From assembly GCA_964106915.2 (NCBI GenBank), contig OZ066916.1: a DNA stretch of 64,000 nt, one strand, 5' to 3'. Position numbers and translations under genes: made by a program. Of this stretch, positions 1-12,059 are shown one piece after another; position 1 is the first letter of the stretch, and the number at the start of each line of letters is the position of its first letter. Below the pieces are notes generated by a model. The model worked only from the letters and a program-made list of their open reading frames with translations, had not been told where the DNA came from and did not search any database. The DNA is from Podarcis gaigeae (taxonomy: Eukaryota).

Positions 1-48
1 GACCGTTGTTGCTTTTTTGCAGAGAATGGGGTGGGTCTCTGATGGAGC

Positions 49-218
49 CAGTGGCGTAGCGTGGGTTGTCAGCACCGGGGGGCAAGGCAAGTAATTTGCA
101 CCCCCTAACCTGTGGATTTGCGCCCCCTAACCCATGGATGTGTGCGCCCTAACCCTAACCCCCAGATGTTGCGCCCAGTGCGGCCGGCCCCCCCTGCACC
201 CCCCACGCTATGCCACTG
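49..218 (-). mobile_element. hAT-type MITE with telomere-like internal repeats, copy 1
   Basis: TIR CAGTGGCGTAGCGTGGG / CCCACGCTATGCCACTG; perfect 8-bp TSD GATGGAGC (41-48, 219-226). Confidence 0.9.
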
Positions 219-1072
219 GATGGAGCCCATTGCCACTTACTCAAATGGCATTGATGCAAAGGCCTACTGGCATGGACTATTCTCCCAAACCGCTCTTGGG
301 AGGGGAAGAGTGACAGCAGAGCTTACTAGCTGCTGAATACTATCATAGGGAACAGCTAATTTTCCCACCCATGTTACCCGAGATGCCTTTGCAGTTGGGG
401 GGAAAACTGTTCACAATGCAGCTGATATTCTTCCTCCCAATTTCGGGTGGCAAGTGTGAGGTTATCCTTACAAGACTAAGAAACAGTCTAGAGCAGATCT
501 AAACGCCAAGGCCATTTAGCAAACTTCCATTTGTCTTCCCATTATGGTTTTCATCAGTGTCCCTTGAAATCTATTTCTTCCTGTATTTATAAAATTTTTC
601 TTTTGTTAGACATTTTCTTTCTTTCTGCAGAGATTCTACTGACCGAGGACAACTTGTCCTTTTTCTGTTATGAAGTGCATCTTCCTTTCCAATTAGCTTC
701 CTGCTTACCGCTTTAAAGATGACTTCCATCATACATATTTAAGAATCCATCAGTAGAGTAATCTTGATGTCAATAATTGGAAAGGGGAAGCCTTGTGGTT
801 ATGGGAATGTTGTTGCACAACCAGGCAAACAAACATTAACAAATCAATGAAGGTTTCAAAAATTGTGCATTTACTTGTATCTAACAGGACATGAATGATT
901 ATTAGTTCACAACTGTACACTGTGGGAATGGGAGTGAAATGCTTCCTCTCTCTCCCCCCCCCCCCCAATTAGCCCACAATTGGGAAGCCAGAACAGAGAC
1001 CTGAGTTCAGAACCACATTCTGCATCAAGTTTGCTAGGTGACCTTGAAATAATGATTATCTAAGAGTATAGG

Positions 1073-1292
1073 CAGTGGTGAAGCTGCATGCTCCGCTACC
1101 AGGGGTGGAGAGCAGGTGGGGGTGTGGCTGGCGCCCCCCCCCGGGGGGCATGACGTGCACCTGTGGGGGCATGGCGTCCGCCACATGGGGGGGCATGGCA
1201 CATGTCTGGGGGGGGCACCACGATGGCACCCTACTGGAATAATGGTATCGGGGGCGATCTGCTCCCTCCACACTCTGGTTCCTCCGCCAGTG
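1073..1292. mobile_element. Second GC-rich hAT-like MITE
   Basis: Imperfect TIR CAGTGGTGAAG / CTCCGCCAGTG; 8-bp TSD AGTATAGG / AGTGTAGG. Confidence 0.65.
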
Positions 1293-1377
1293 AGTGTAGG
1301 TTACGAGGAAGATGGGAGTATAGAGTCAGTTATGCCACCGGATCTCCTTAAAAGGGAAAGGAGGGGAATATGTAATA

Positions 1378-1623
1378 CAGTGGTACCTCTGGATGCGTAT
1401 GGGATCCGTTCTGGAGCCCTGTTCGCATCCTGAAGCGAACGCAACCCGCGTCCCTGCGTCTGCGGGTTGCGATTTGCCGCTTCCACGCATGACGTCATCT
1501 TGAGAGTCTGTGCATGTGCAAACGGCGAAACCCGGAAGTAACGCGTTCTGTTACTTCTGGGTTGCCGCGGATCACAACCCGAAAATGCTCAAGCCGAAGC
1601 TACTTCAACCTGAGGTATGATTG
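1378..1623 (+). mobile_element. Tc1/mariner (pogo/Tigger-like) MITE
   Basis: TA TSD; termini CAGTGGTACCTC...GAGGTATGATTG. Confidence 0.85.
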
Positions 1624-2559
1624 TACAACTATTTGTGTACTAAATCCCTTTGTGTACTAAATCTATGGAAAATATACAGAGTATACTTAATATAGACACT
1701 ATACCTTTGGTGATACCCAGAGAATCTGCCATTCACATTTCAGATGAGTTGGTATATTAATTTGGTGCTAATTAGTAGTAATAAAGCTCACTGGCTTTTT
1801 GTCATGGAATACCATAGTAGATTATCGTTTGTTAACAGGGTGCAACAGATGGAGCTGAACCTTTCCTGAATTTGGTAGCTATATGGCCACTATATAGATA
1901 TTCCAGCAGAAGGTTGGACTTAATGGGGCAGTGGTTTTTACACCTTATAATCTCCTGCCATAGAAGTCAAGACTTCAAACCTCTAGCTACTTAATGGGAA
2001 GCAAACCCCATTAAACTGAATGGTACCTGCTTCGGAATTGTCACAGTCAGGGCTAGATTTCTCTCAGTAGGAATGTGGCAATTTTGTGCAATCCAAAATA
2101 TCTTGCTAGAATTCTTGTTTTCCCACAATCCTTACTGTCACAGTAGTGACTGAAAGGCACAGAGTTCCTCAAATAAAAAAGCCCTCATGAATGGTTTCAA
2201 CTTCTACAAGTGTTAAAATCTGTGTTCTTTCCATAGTTCTATTTTTATTTACATGTTTCCTTAAGACTTCTTTTCATTTATCTAATAAAAAGCAAGAGCT
2301 ATACAAGATTGTGTCTGCCCCTATTCAACCCACTGCTGACAGCACAGCCCTTTGCTATCAACAGTGAGCGAGTAGTGGCAGATATACTCTGCTGTAATTC
2401 TTGTCTTAATTGTTTCTAGGGTGCAAGACTATAAGGTAGGACCAGCTTTGTTCTCCTGAAGCCAGGATCAAAGAGATATAAAAGGCTGCTAAAATACAGA
2501 AACAGGAAGTTAATAAAGCATTTGCTACACAAATAGCATAAAGCCATGGTTCCATGTTA

Positions 2560-2818
2560 AAGGTAAAGGTAAAGGTACCCCTGCCCATACGGGCCAGTCA
2601 TGTCCGACTCTAGGGTTGTGCCCTCATCTCACGTAAGAGGCCGGGGGCTAGCGCTGTCCACAGACACTTCCGGGTCACGTGGCCAGCGTGACGAAGCTGC
2701 TCTGGCGAGCCGGCACCAGCTCAGCACAAGGAAACACCATTTACCTTCCCACTATAACGCGGTACCTATTTATCTACTTGCACTTAGGGGTGCTTTCGAA
2801 CTGCTAGGTGGGCAGGAG
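2560..2818 (-). mobile_element. Sauria/Squam1 SINE, 5'-truncated
   Basis: (AAAGGT)n tail; TTTACCTTCC...GGTACCTATTTATCTACTTGCAC core; 13-bp TSD TGGTTCCATGTTA. Confidence 0.9.
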
Positions 2819-3293
2819 TGGTTCCATGTTACTACCAACAAAAACAGCTGCTGGTGAGGAACAACATCCTTTAAGTACCCGACCTCAGCTATTTCTCCAC
2901 GGACAACAAATAATGCTGCAAGAGTCTCCATTCACTGCAAAGCAAAGCAGTAATTTGGGGAAGTTTCATAGAATTATCCCATCTTTTACTTTTACAAAAA
3001 TAAACCTGCAACACAATTTTGCCTTGAAAAATTCTATTGAGAAGTGCCTACATTTTTATTGCTAGAGATGGAATGTGTCTGTTCCTCTGATTAGGCACCA
3101 ATGGTGCTATTGCAACCAACCTCACATGAAATATTGATTGTAATATTTAATGGAATTATTCTTCATCATTTCTAAGGGTGGTAAAAGCTATTTTAGCAAA
3201 AAGCTTTTGTGGTTTGGTACTGACGATCTTGCTGGTGCAGTTCAGATTTTAGAATTTAGCATAAGAAGGAATGTCTTAGCTACTGCCATATTT

Positions 3294-3415
3294 TGGTTGG
3301 ACAGTGTTCTCGAAGCTACTGTACTAACATGAGTTTGACCAGGAGGTGCCTAGCGTGCTCTGGTCCATGGAGTCACGAAGAGTCCGACACGACTAAGCAA
3401 CAGCAACAACAACAA
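3294..3415 (+). mobile_element. RTE-BovB 3' remnant
   Basis: GGTTGGACAGTGTTCTCGAAGCTAC...GTCCATGGAGTCACGAAGAGTCCGACACGACT(AAC)n. Confidence 0.85.
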
Positions 3416-4389
3416 ATTGCCATTTTTTAAGACCAGTTTATTTCTAGGCATTGCCTTCATGAAGGAAGAGACCAGATTTACCCTCCCCTCCCCCCAGTTT
3501 GTGATATTTTTTCTAAGCACAATTTCCAATCCAAGCTTCTTTAAGTCAGGTGACTTCAGTATCTAGTGGAGTACAGCTTATCCTACCATTTCCTTAGATC
3601 ACTGGACAAGCCTTAATTTCCATTCTGGATACCATACCAAGGTCCCATGGAGTCTAGTGATCAGAATTTGCCAAGGCACAGTTCAAGTGGCAAAAACATT
3701 CTAGCATCTGTCCCTACAGCTATGGAGAATGCATGGCTGTATTTTGCCACAAGCATACGTGTTTCCAACATGATAGTCACATAATGATGTCCCCATTTCG
3801 TAGCCCTGCATTTCCACATAGAAACAGTGCATTAAGCAGCCCTCTGCTCACCCACATATTGAACCACAGCTCTTAACAAGTCAAGAAATAGTCCTTGCCT
3901 TGATTTAAGTCTTGGTTCCATCGCATGTACCCATAACAGCATACCTGAAGATTAACAGGCAAGCAAGAAATAAGTAGGGGTTTATTTCTTAGACAAGCTG
4001 CTGAACTAGGATAATAAAAGCAATTCAGCTATTTTACAAATACAAAATGTAGCATTTTAAACCAGTAACTCTAAAGTCTATGAAAATAATTATTTTCTGG
4101 AATTTTAGAGGCATGCATTTTAAGAACTCTTTCACAAAGAACTGCCCCTTTCCCAAAAACTTGCACAGCACACCTAATCTGTAGGTATACAATTGACTCA
4201 TTATTTAACATAATCCATCTCTGAAATCTTTGTAGATCTGATACTGTGGAGAATGAACCATTCTTTACCACAAGACAGACTGGCAGACACATTCTAACAC
4301 CCAGCACTGTGAACACAATACTGCTTGTTCCTTCCTGGTTCATTACAGTCATTTATGCAAATCTTCCTCCAACTTCCTACTACCTCTGG

Positions 4390-4595
4390 CTATAATGTCT
4401 TAGCCGGAGGTTCTGATGCCATAGTTTTTGTCTGGAGCTGCTCTTTGTCTGTCTCTAGATTTGGATCCACTTGTTCCTGTATATCTGATTTTATAGCATG
4501 GAGTGCATAGTTAATACTAGTGCTTTCAGTCCAGCTCCAGGACCCAAACAGGGGGTTGTACAACATTCCTTTCACTGTCTTGACTAAAAAGCCAT
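4390..4595 (-). CDS. COQ3: COQ3 coding exon 7 (terminal); ubiquinone biosynthesis O-methyltransferase, spliced CDS 1080 nt = 359 aa
   Basis: GFLVKTVKGMLYNPLFGSWSWTESTSINYALHAIK...TL*; pyrimidine-rich acceptor; exon lengths 106+112+153+100+243+160+206 sum in frame. Confidence 0.95.
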
Positions 4596-5577
4596 CTGTA
4601 AGAAAGGAGAGAAAGAGACAGTATAAGGAGACTATTCTTAAAAAGGAGCTAACATCCACAGTAAACATGTGCAAAATTTCCTGTAATGTCATTCTGGCAC
4701 AATGGTGGTGTTGTCTTGGTAAACTGCGAGCCAAAGCAGCATTAGGAAAAGGTTTTAAATCTTGATGCTATCAAAACATTCAAGAATGTCCAAGTAAAAT
4801 GTATCTTGCTGAATATTCAGTACTACAAATTCAAATTAGCACCTGGCTGATTATTTCTGAATTGTGACTAAAACCCCAGGTTAACACATGTATTAACCCA
4901 AACCCAGAGTCAAAACAAAATACCTATCTTTAGAAAGTTGATGTTTATAATCATTTTGAAAGGACACCTACAATTTACACACCAGCATTTTACACATCAG
5001 ATGATCCAATAGTCAGTGTTTAGGTATATCTACATGTTCCTGTGTGTATATATACCACTTCATCATTTCATTGTCAGCCCTCTCCCTCCCCCAAGTGGAA
5101 TAAACACTGTTACCCAAACCTGCCACTTGTAGAACGGTACACTTGCCCCTTCCCAATCCCACGATATCATACAGTAAATCTTCTCATTGATGCTTAATTA
5201 ACATAAATTTATAAAGCAGAGAAACTGTTTTATGATAGAATCCCTTCTGAAAATATACTTTAAATGCAACCTACAAAAATCAGGGTGAAAACGGGACACC
5301 AAAAAAGGACTAACAGGGCAAACCTATGTTCACTCGGAAGAAAGTCCTATTTAATTCAATAGAGCTCAACCTCAGGTAAGTGGGGTTAGAACTGCAGGAC
5401 TCACTTCTGACAGGGACAAGATGCTGCTCTCCCCGACACCTTCCCCCATTTAATTATTTACAGTCATTCTTCACCACTCTTCATCAAAAGATTCCAGGGT
5501 TGTGGGTGTAAGTGTGAACAAATTCACAAAACTGTCTTTCACTTCCTGGTGCAAGCCTGGCAGGTCTTTTGATTTAG

Positions 5578-6018
5578 AAGAGTTTGGATTTGATATCCCG
5601 CTTTCTCACTACCCAAAGGAGTCTCAAAGCGGCTAACATTCTCCTTTCCCTTCCTCCCCCACAACAAACACTCTGTGAGGTGAGTGGGGCTGAGAGACTT
5701 CAGAGAAGTGTGACTAGCCCAAGGTCACCCAGCCAGTGGCGTAGCGTGGGGGGTGCAGGGGGGGCCGGTCGCACTGGGCGCAACATCTGGGGGTTAGGGT
5801 TTGGGGGCGCAAATCTGCGGGTTAGGGGGCGCAAATCCACGGGTTAGGGGGCGCAAATCCACGGGTTAGGGGGCGCAAATTACTTGCCTTGCCCCGGGTG
5901 CTGACAACCCACGCTACGCCACTGCACCCAGCAGCTGCATGTGGAGGAGCGGAGACACGAACCCAGTTCCCCAGATTACAAGACTACCGCTCTTAACCAC
6001 TACACCACACTGGCTCTA
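5578..6018 (-). mobile_element. Squam3-like tRNA SINE, interrupted by the MITE at 5734-5924
   Basis: Head GAGCCAGTGTGGTGTAGTGGTTAAGAGC (A box) with a B box; tail GGGATATCAAATCCAAACTCTT; TSD GATTTAG. Confidence 0.85.
5734..5924 (+). mobile_element. hAT-type MITE with telomere-like internal repeats, copy 2 (nested in a SINE)
   Basis: Perfect 17-bp TIRs; 8-bp TSD CACCCAGC (5726-5733, 5925-5932). Confidence 0.92.
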
Positions 6019-6192
6019 GATTTAGTATTTCATACACCTTAGATTCCCCTCACCCATTGACTACATATGATTACTCTGCAAAGCATGCTTGCTTTATGCG
6101 ACACCTGTATCAAGGGATAGTTAAGGTCAGCTAGCAGCCAAACTTGAAGGAAGTTACTGACTATGTCCTTTCATTGGGGTTTAAACACTTAC

Positions 6193-6352
6193 TTGACTCT
6201 AGGAGCCTCTCTAGCTCCTCAGGCGGTATGAACTTCTCCCAATCATGGGTGCCTGTCGGAACAATGCCCAATACTCTCTCAGCTACCACAATGCCAAAGA
6301 TGTAGGACAGCTGTGATTTATTGATTGTAGTAATAAATAAGGAGCCTTCCGG
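6193..6352 (-). CDS. COQ3: COQ3 coding exon 6
   Basis: PEGSLFITTINKSQLSYIFGIVVAERVLGIVPTGTHDWEKFIPPEELERLLES; 160 nt; GTAAGT donor. Confidence 0.97.
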
Positions 6353-7253
6353 CTTAAACAAAAACAGCACAAGTGTTAGCACATCTGTCATGAATACACA
6401 ATATAACTAGCAGCATCCAGTTAGCGTGTGAAAATTAGGATTGTCACCATAGTAAATAAATAAAAAAAATGGTGGTTCAAGCTTAAATTGATTTTTAAAA
6501 TCTTTACAGATTTTCCAGACATTGCAACAGACACCATCTTAGAAAAAGAATTTCCTTACATATGTGCATATAATGCTTCTTCAAATATTATTCTTCCCTC
6601 CAGTTTTCTGGAATAAAACTATTTTAAAATTCTGCCATCCCTACAAATACAGGCACCTTTCATGCCAATCACCAGATTTTTAATTGGTGAAACTAGCCTA
6701 TCAGCGAAGTAATGTAGCCCTAAACATGTAGGCTTAGCCAAAACATATTTGTATGGGTCAATTCAAAAACAGGTCTCATCGGAGCTGTTTGAATTTGTAC
6801 TATAAGCAATGCAATTTATACTGAAGCCAAATTCAAATTTATTCATGTTACTATGGTTCTGAGATTGGTATACAGAATATCTGTTAAGCGTTACTGCAAT
6901 ATTTTTGTGCACTAATAACTGTTTGGCTTGTTTCTATAAGAAAATAATCTAGGGCCCCATCTGCATTCTATATTCAAAGCAGTACTGTATCACTTTAACA
7001 GTCATGTCTTTCCCTGCAAAATCCAGGGAACAGTAGTTTGTTAAGTAAGGGTGCTGAAAGTTGTGACAAGACTGCTATTCCTCTCGCAGAGGAATCTAAC
7101 GGTTTAAGAGCCAATCCCTCTTCGCAGGGAATGCTGAGAGTTGTAGCTCTGTGAGGAACAGGATGCCACAAGCCACAAGGTAGGGTTATGTTATCGATAA
7201 ACTACTACTATTTACCCTGGGGCCCTTGGGATAAATAGAACTCAAAATATCTA

Positions 7254-7498
7254 CAGTCATACCTCATGTTACGTTTGCTTCATGTTATGTTTTTTCAGAT
7301 TGCGTCCTGTGGCGACGACAGAAAGGGTTACTTCCGGGTTTCGTCGCTCACACATGCACAGAAGCACTAAATCACGCTTTGCGCATGCGCACAAGTGCCA
7401 AATCGCACCAGCGTAGATACAGTGCTTCAGGTTGCGGGCTTTTCATGTTGCGAACGGGCCTCTGGAACGGATCCCGTTTGCAACCAGAGGTACCACTG
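7254..7498 (-). mobile_element. Tc1/mariner MITE, same family as 1378-1623
   Basis: TA|CAGTCATACCTC...GAGGTACCACTG|TA. Confidence 0.85.
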
Positions 7499-7789
7499 TA
7501 CTTATTTATTTTGTGTTTTATGATTTATTTCCTTCATGTTTTTAGATCTGTACCCAGAACCCATTTATTGTCTGGTTCATTACCTCAGCAGGAAAAAGTG
7601 CAATATTCTAAAGGTTGTGTTTGTTTTCAATATGGATAATTTGAATCAATAAGGGTTGCATAAAATTACACTCTTTAGCACAGAGCAAGTCAAAAAAAGG
7701 AAACCAATGCAAAACATTTCTTATAATCAACAGCTTAATTTTACAGTGCAAATGATTCAGCATTCTTTTTTTGCTTTATTCCAACTCAC

Positions 7790-8032
7790 TTTTAACACTT
7801 TGCTGCAGCACCTGATAAACATTTCCACATCAGCCACATGTTCTACAACTTCAGAAGCTACAATGACGTCAAATGTGTCTGATGCTTCTTCCACAATATC
7901 CTCTAGCGTACAGGATTTGTACTGTATTCTTTTAGCCAGAACTGGGTCAAATGATTTATGCAGTTCTGCTGTTCTAATGCTGTCTTCCAGAGGATCAATC
8001 CCAGTAACCGAAGCTCCCAATCTACCTAGAGG
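7790..8032 (-). CDS. COQ3: COQ3 coding exon 5
   Basis: PLGRLGASVTGIDPLEDSIRTAELHKSFDP...FDVIVASEVVEHVADVEMFIRCCSKVLK; 243 nt; GTGAGT donor. Confidence 0.97.
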
Positions 8033-8839
8033 CTAAGACCATAGACACGTTAGTCTTTTCTGCTTAAAAAAAATAGAATATGTAACCAAGTTGTTATTTG
8101 ATTAGAAGGAAGTTACTGAAGAGCGTAAAGTAAACTCCGAAGCTTCCTCCCTGACATCTATCCCTTTGGTGTCTCTCCACCCCCACCCCCACCCCCACCC
8201 AAAAAAACCCCTACTGGAATAATAGAAGGGACAGACCCAATAATATTCAATTATTTAACTTTTTCTAGGTTGATTAAGGAGAACCGATCATCATAAGCAT
8301 AGTTGCAGTTTAGACTGCCAGTTATAATAAATAGCTAATTATTTTGTCTTCTAGAAATTGTAGATCACAAATACACACTATAAAAAGTAAATCATGCATA
8401 AGGCTTCAATCCTGTCAGCACCTACTTGGAAGTAAGGATCACTGAACACAGTGCAAAATAAAAGTAAAAAAAAAACTTTGTGGAAGTTCCAGCAAATTAG
8501 GGAACTTCAACCCTTTCCACAAAATCAGTTGAAGTGTGTTCCGGCTCACAGTTTAGCTCTACAGCTAAATTCTGCATTTCCAGCAAGAACACAGCAACAT
8601 CCTGCCTGCACATAATAAATATGTGCATCGGCACACACACCATACCACTTTGCTTTACTAGACTATCTTACTCTAAATAATACCATAATGAACTAATAGA
8701 GCAGATTGCAAGAGAGACTTCTAGTTAAACAAGTACTTGGAAGAACGAAATAAACACTATTCAAAACTTCAGTGCTGTGCTACTTCAAAACAAAGGGTCA
8801 GGGATAAGAAAATTTATTATCAAAAGGTGTAAGCCCTAC

Positions 8840-8939
8840 CTCAGTTAACAATCCACCACCACAGCCAACATCCAGGATCTTCACACCAGAGAGCGGGCTT
8901 CCAGGCTGATGATCATTTCTCATATTTAAAACAGTATCT
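8840..8939 (-). CDS. COQ3: COQ3 coding exon 4 (SAM-binding motif I)
   Basis: DTVLNMRNDHQPGSPLSGVKILDVGCGGGLLTE; AG/GT boundaries; 100 nt. Confidence 0.95.
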
Positions 8940-9512
8940 CTTACACAAAGTACAAAACAAATTATGTTTTAATTATGACCGTCCACCAATAAAGAGCTTT
9001 TAGTTGATCAAGTACACTTGCATATTACCAAAGCCTCAAAATGTTTGCCTTGTTGAGATATGGAATGAAATCAGGAAACTTTCTGATTACTAAACAAAGG
9101 TTTAAGTTTATAGGAGGAAGAGTCATCCTTAATATTCTCTTCTTTTTCATCTCCTATTATAATACACACTCCAGAATCAACACTGGCTCAAAAATAAAGA
9201 CCCATATGCTTACCTCATAGCTCCAATTATTAAAACACACCCTCACTAAGTGAAATTGGTCTCCACTAAGCTCAAATCCTATACACCTTTATATGAGAGA
9301 AAGCCCCATTCAGCTCATTGGCACGTACTTGTGAATAGGACTGCTCATTCAGTCTACCACTTAAAGTCTACAGCTCCAGTTGTAATAGCTTTGTACTCAG
9401 TAAATATTTAAGCTAAGCAATACAAATGAAGACACCTCTACTCTAAAAGGTGATGTGTTACAATTTTCAGATTCCCAGAAGTATGTAAAACTGACCCATT
9501 ACAAAACCTTAC

Positions 9513-9665
9513 CTAATAAATGGCACTCTAATATCATTCATAGAATGAAGAGCTGCATAATCTCCATGCTCATCCCACCATTTATGTGCCAGGAGTTGGA
9601 ATTTTTTCATCTCCTTTGGATCGACTGTTGTTTGTGACATGCTGTAGTGTCGCTCTGTGAGTAAC
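9513..9665 (-). CDS. COQ3: COQ3 coding exon 3
   Basis: LLTERHYSMSQTTVDPKEMKKFQLLAHKWWDEHGDYAALHSMNDIRVPFIR (UbiG/COQ3 N-terminal motif); tttAG/GTAAGG; 153 nt. Confidence 0.95.
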
Positions 9666-9795
9666 CTAAACATCAAAGGTATTACTACATTAGGTGGCAT
9701 AAAAACAGGGATCAGCTAGCAGGAAAAGAGAAATTTAATGAGTGGATAAATTCAGATTACAGTTGGACCCCACATGATCGTTCCTTACATTGAAG

Positions 9796-9896
9796 CAGTG
9801 GCGTAGCGTGGTGGGTGCAAGGGGGGCCGGCTGCACCGGGCTCAACATCTGGGGGTTAGGGTTAGGGGGCGCACATCCACGGGTTAGGGGGCGCAA
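9796..9896 (+). mobile_element. Same MITE, truncated copy 3
   Basis: Left TIR CAGTGGCGTAGCGTGG and internal sequence match copy 2; ends within the repeat array. Confidence 0.85.
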
Positions 9897-10480
9897 TGCA
9901 CAGACCCAATTATATCTATTAGAGACTACAAACTATCCGACCTATGTAGAGACAAATAATTCACAAATCATATCCAGTAGTCCCAGAGGTGGATGTGCCA
10001 AATCCTGCTGCCCAATATATATAAATTATGCCTTACCAACATGTAATGACCCTTTTGTTTGAGTAACACAAATCACTGTCCATTAGCAAGGTTTGCCATG
10101 CCACTATGTAAAACATTGGTGGGAGGGACACTAACATAGTGGCACAAAATGTGCTTTATGCTTACAATACAAAGGCACAAGCGCCCAGAATGCTACTAGT
10201 TTGTAGGCCATGTACCAAGAGAGTTACAGATTACACTACTGTTATTTTGTTACTTATTAAGAAATGTATGAAAACCATAACCCCCTCCAAAAAACCCCAC
10301 AACCTTCATTTTGAGCTGAGTCGATCATTATGAAGTAATCAGAAAATACAGAAAGTGTGGGAGGTCATTATTTTTGTTTATTACTATGTTATGCATTTTT
10401 GAGTTTTTATATTGTAAACCACTCTGTGATCCTTGGATCAAGGATGGAAAGGAAATTTAATAGATAAGAATAATACTCAC

Positions 10481-10592
10481 ATTGTGTTCCTCGCTTGAAT
10501 TAAACTAACAAATATATGATATTTTAACTGATTTTTACACCTCTTAAGGAAGGGTATTTGGAGTAGTTGAGGAGGCTGTCCATAGTGATTAC
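10481..10592 (-). CDS. COQ3: COQ3 coding exon 2
   Basis: ctctctccAG acceptor and GTGAGT donor; 112 nt, open, phases 1 to 2 link exons 1 and 3. Poorly conserved N-terminal region. Confidence 0.7.
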
Positions 10593-12059
10593 CTGGAGAG
10601 AGAGAAGTAAAGCAATTTTTGTTGTAAGCTTCCTGGCCCAACAATTTTTAAAACTGCTAAGAATCCCTAATACATCTGAGTTTCTAGCTGAACAGGTTAG
10701 CACCTATTTTCTACAAACAATGGCCGCAAACGGTTGGCTCATGTAACATTTTAGAGTTCTTTCAGCAGCATATAATGTTTTGCACATTTTCATAATTAGT
10801 CTCAGGAATCAGACTGTTTTAATCCAAAAGGGCAACCATGTGTTACCACAGTTATATCTAAGTTATGATTGTGACACTGCTTTTTAATGGGCTAAAACTA
10901 CAATGTGCAATAGCTCCTTTTCCCATATTGACACACCATTGCTATAAGATCAGCAGATCAGGCACTCCTCATCTAATATGGTGCAAGAGTCAAGAAAAGG
11001 ACCTTTTCGGTGGTGGATCCTTGCACATGCATCTTGCCTCATTTATTTACAGATCCAAGTAGCTAGTAAACACAGCTTTTCAGCAGGCAATTGGAGGAGA
11101 TGAGACCTGATTGTTGCTGTGATGAAAAACTGTTATTCAGTGATTTGTTGTATGTTTTTAATAGATTTTACATATCCTTATTTACTTGCTTTGATTTTAA
11201 ACCATCCTGTGGCCTGCCTCGAAGGTGAAAGATCCACACCCTCACACTCCAGTGATAATTTCAATGCAAACTTAACATTCAATAGAATAAGCTAGTGACA
11301 TGAGGATCAGAAAACTTGTTTGGGGCTGTGAAAATTCATCCAAAGTTAGATGGCAAAGCTATTTACCCACTTTCTACTGCATTAGCAGCACACCCTAGCA
11401 CCTTGCAAAATTGCATAACCAGCAAATCGAGGGCCCTGTTCCCAAGGACCTTACAATCAACAGACAGCGGGGAAACACTACAATGGCAGGGGCAGGCAAA
11501 TGCCACGAAACCTATCTAGAGCTTTGGCTGTAATCTGTGACAGCTGAAACAATGGGGTAAAAGGAAGAGTTAAGCTCACCAGGCATGAATGCAACAGGTG
11601 CTGTTTTCTGCTATGTCAATTGGTAGGGCTGTAATTGGTAGGGTTTTCCTAAGCAAAAAAACTCAGTAACTTCCAGGGTGTCCTGGTTTTTACTTTTAGA
11701 AATTTGGCAGCCCTACGAGAGGAAGCCCCGCTTGCTAGGGTTGCCACCTGCCCTGTACAATACAGGATTGTCCCCTATTCCGATCTGAAATGCTGCGTCC
11801 TGTATTGATACATTTTTGTCTTCTCTCTCTTGCTCTCTCTCGTTAGGGATCCTCTCCAAATGCATGTGAAAGGTCCTGTATTTAAGCCAAGCACAGACAG
11901 ATTTACAAATCCATTTGTAGGGTGGGTGGGTGGGTGGGTGTGACCAATTCCAAAAGGATCATCCTGATAGGCTGCAGCAGATTGTAATGAAATGCTTTCA
12001 AGTCACTTCAGCACCAGATTGGGGTGGGGGAATCGGCTCCCCAAGCCTTTTACCAGAGC

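Noticed and set aside
1034-1498. Cluster of overlapping short ORFs
   Set aside because: Artefacts of two adjacent GC-rich MITEs.
5790-5880. 22-bp direct repeats as a CRISPR array or a true telomere
   Set aside because: The units are head-to-tail with no unique spacers, lie inside TIRs and TSDs, and sit in a vertebrate intron.
5985-6016. tRNA-like A/B boxes (also at about 47110-47188 and 61370-61400)
   Set aside because: These are SINE heads, not tRNA genes.
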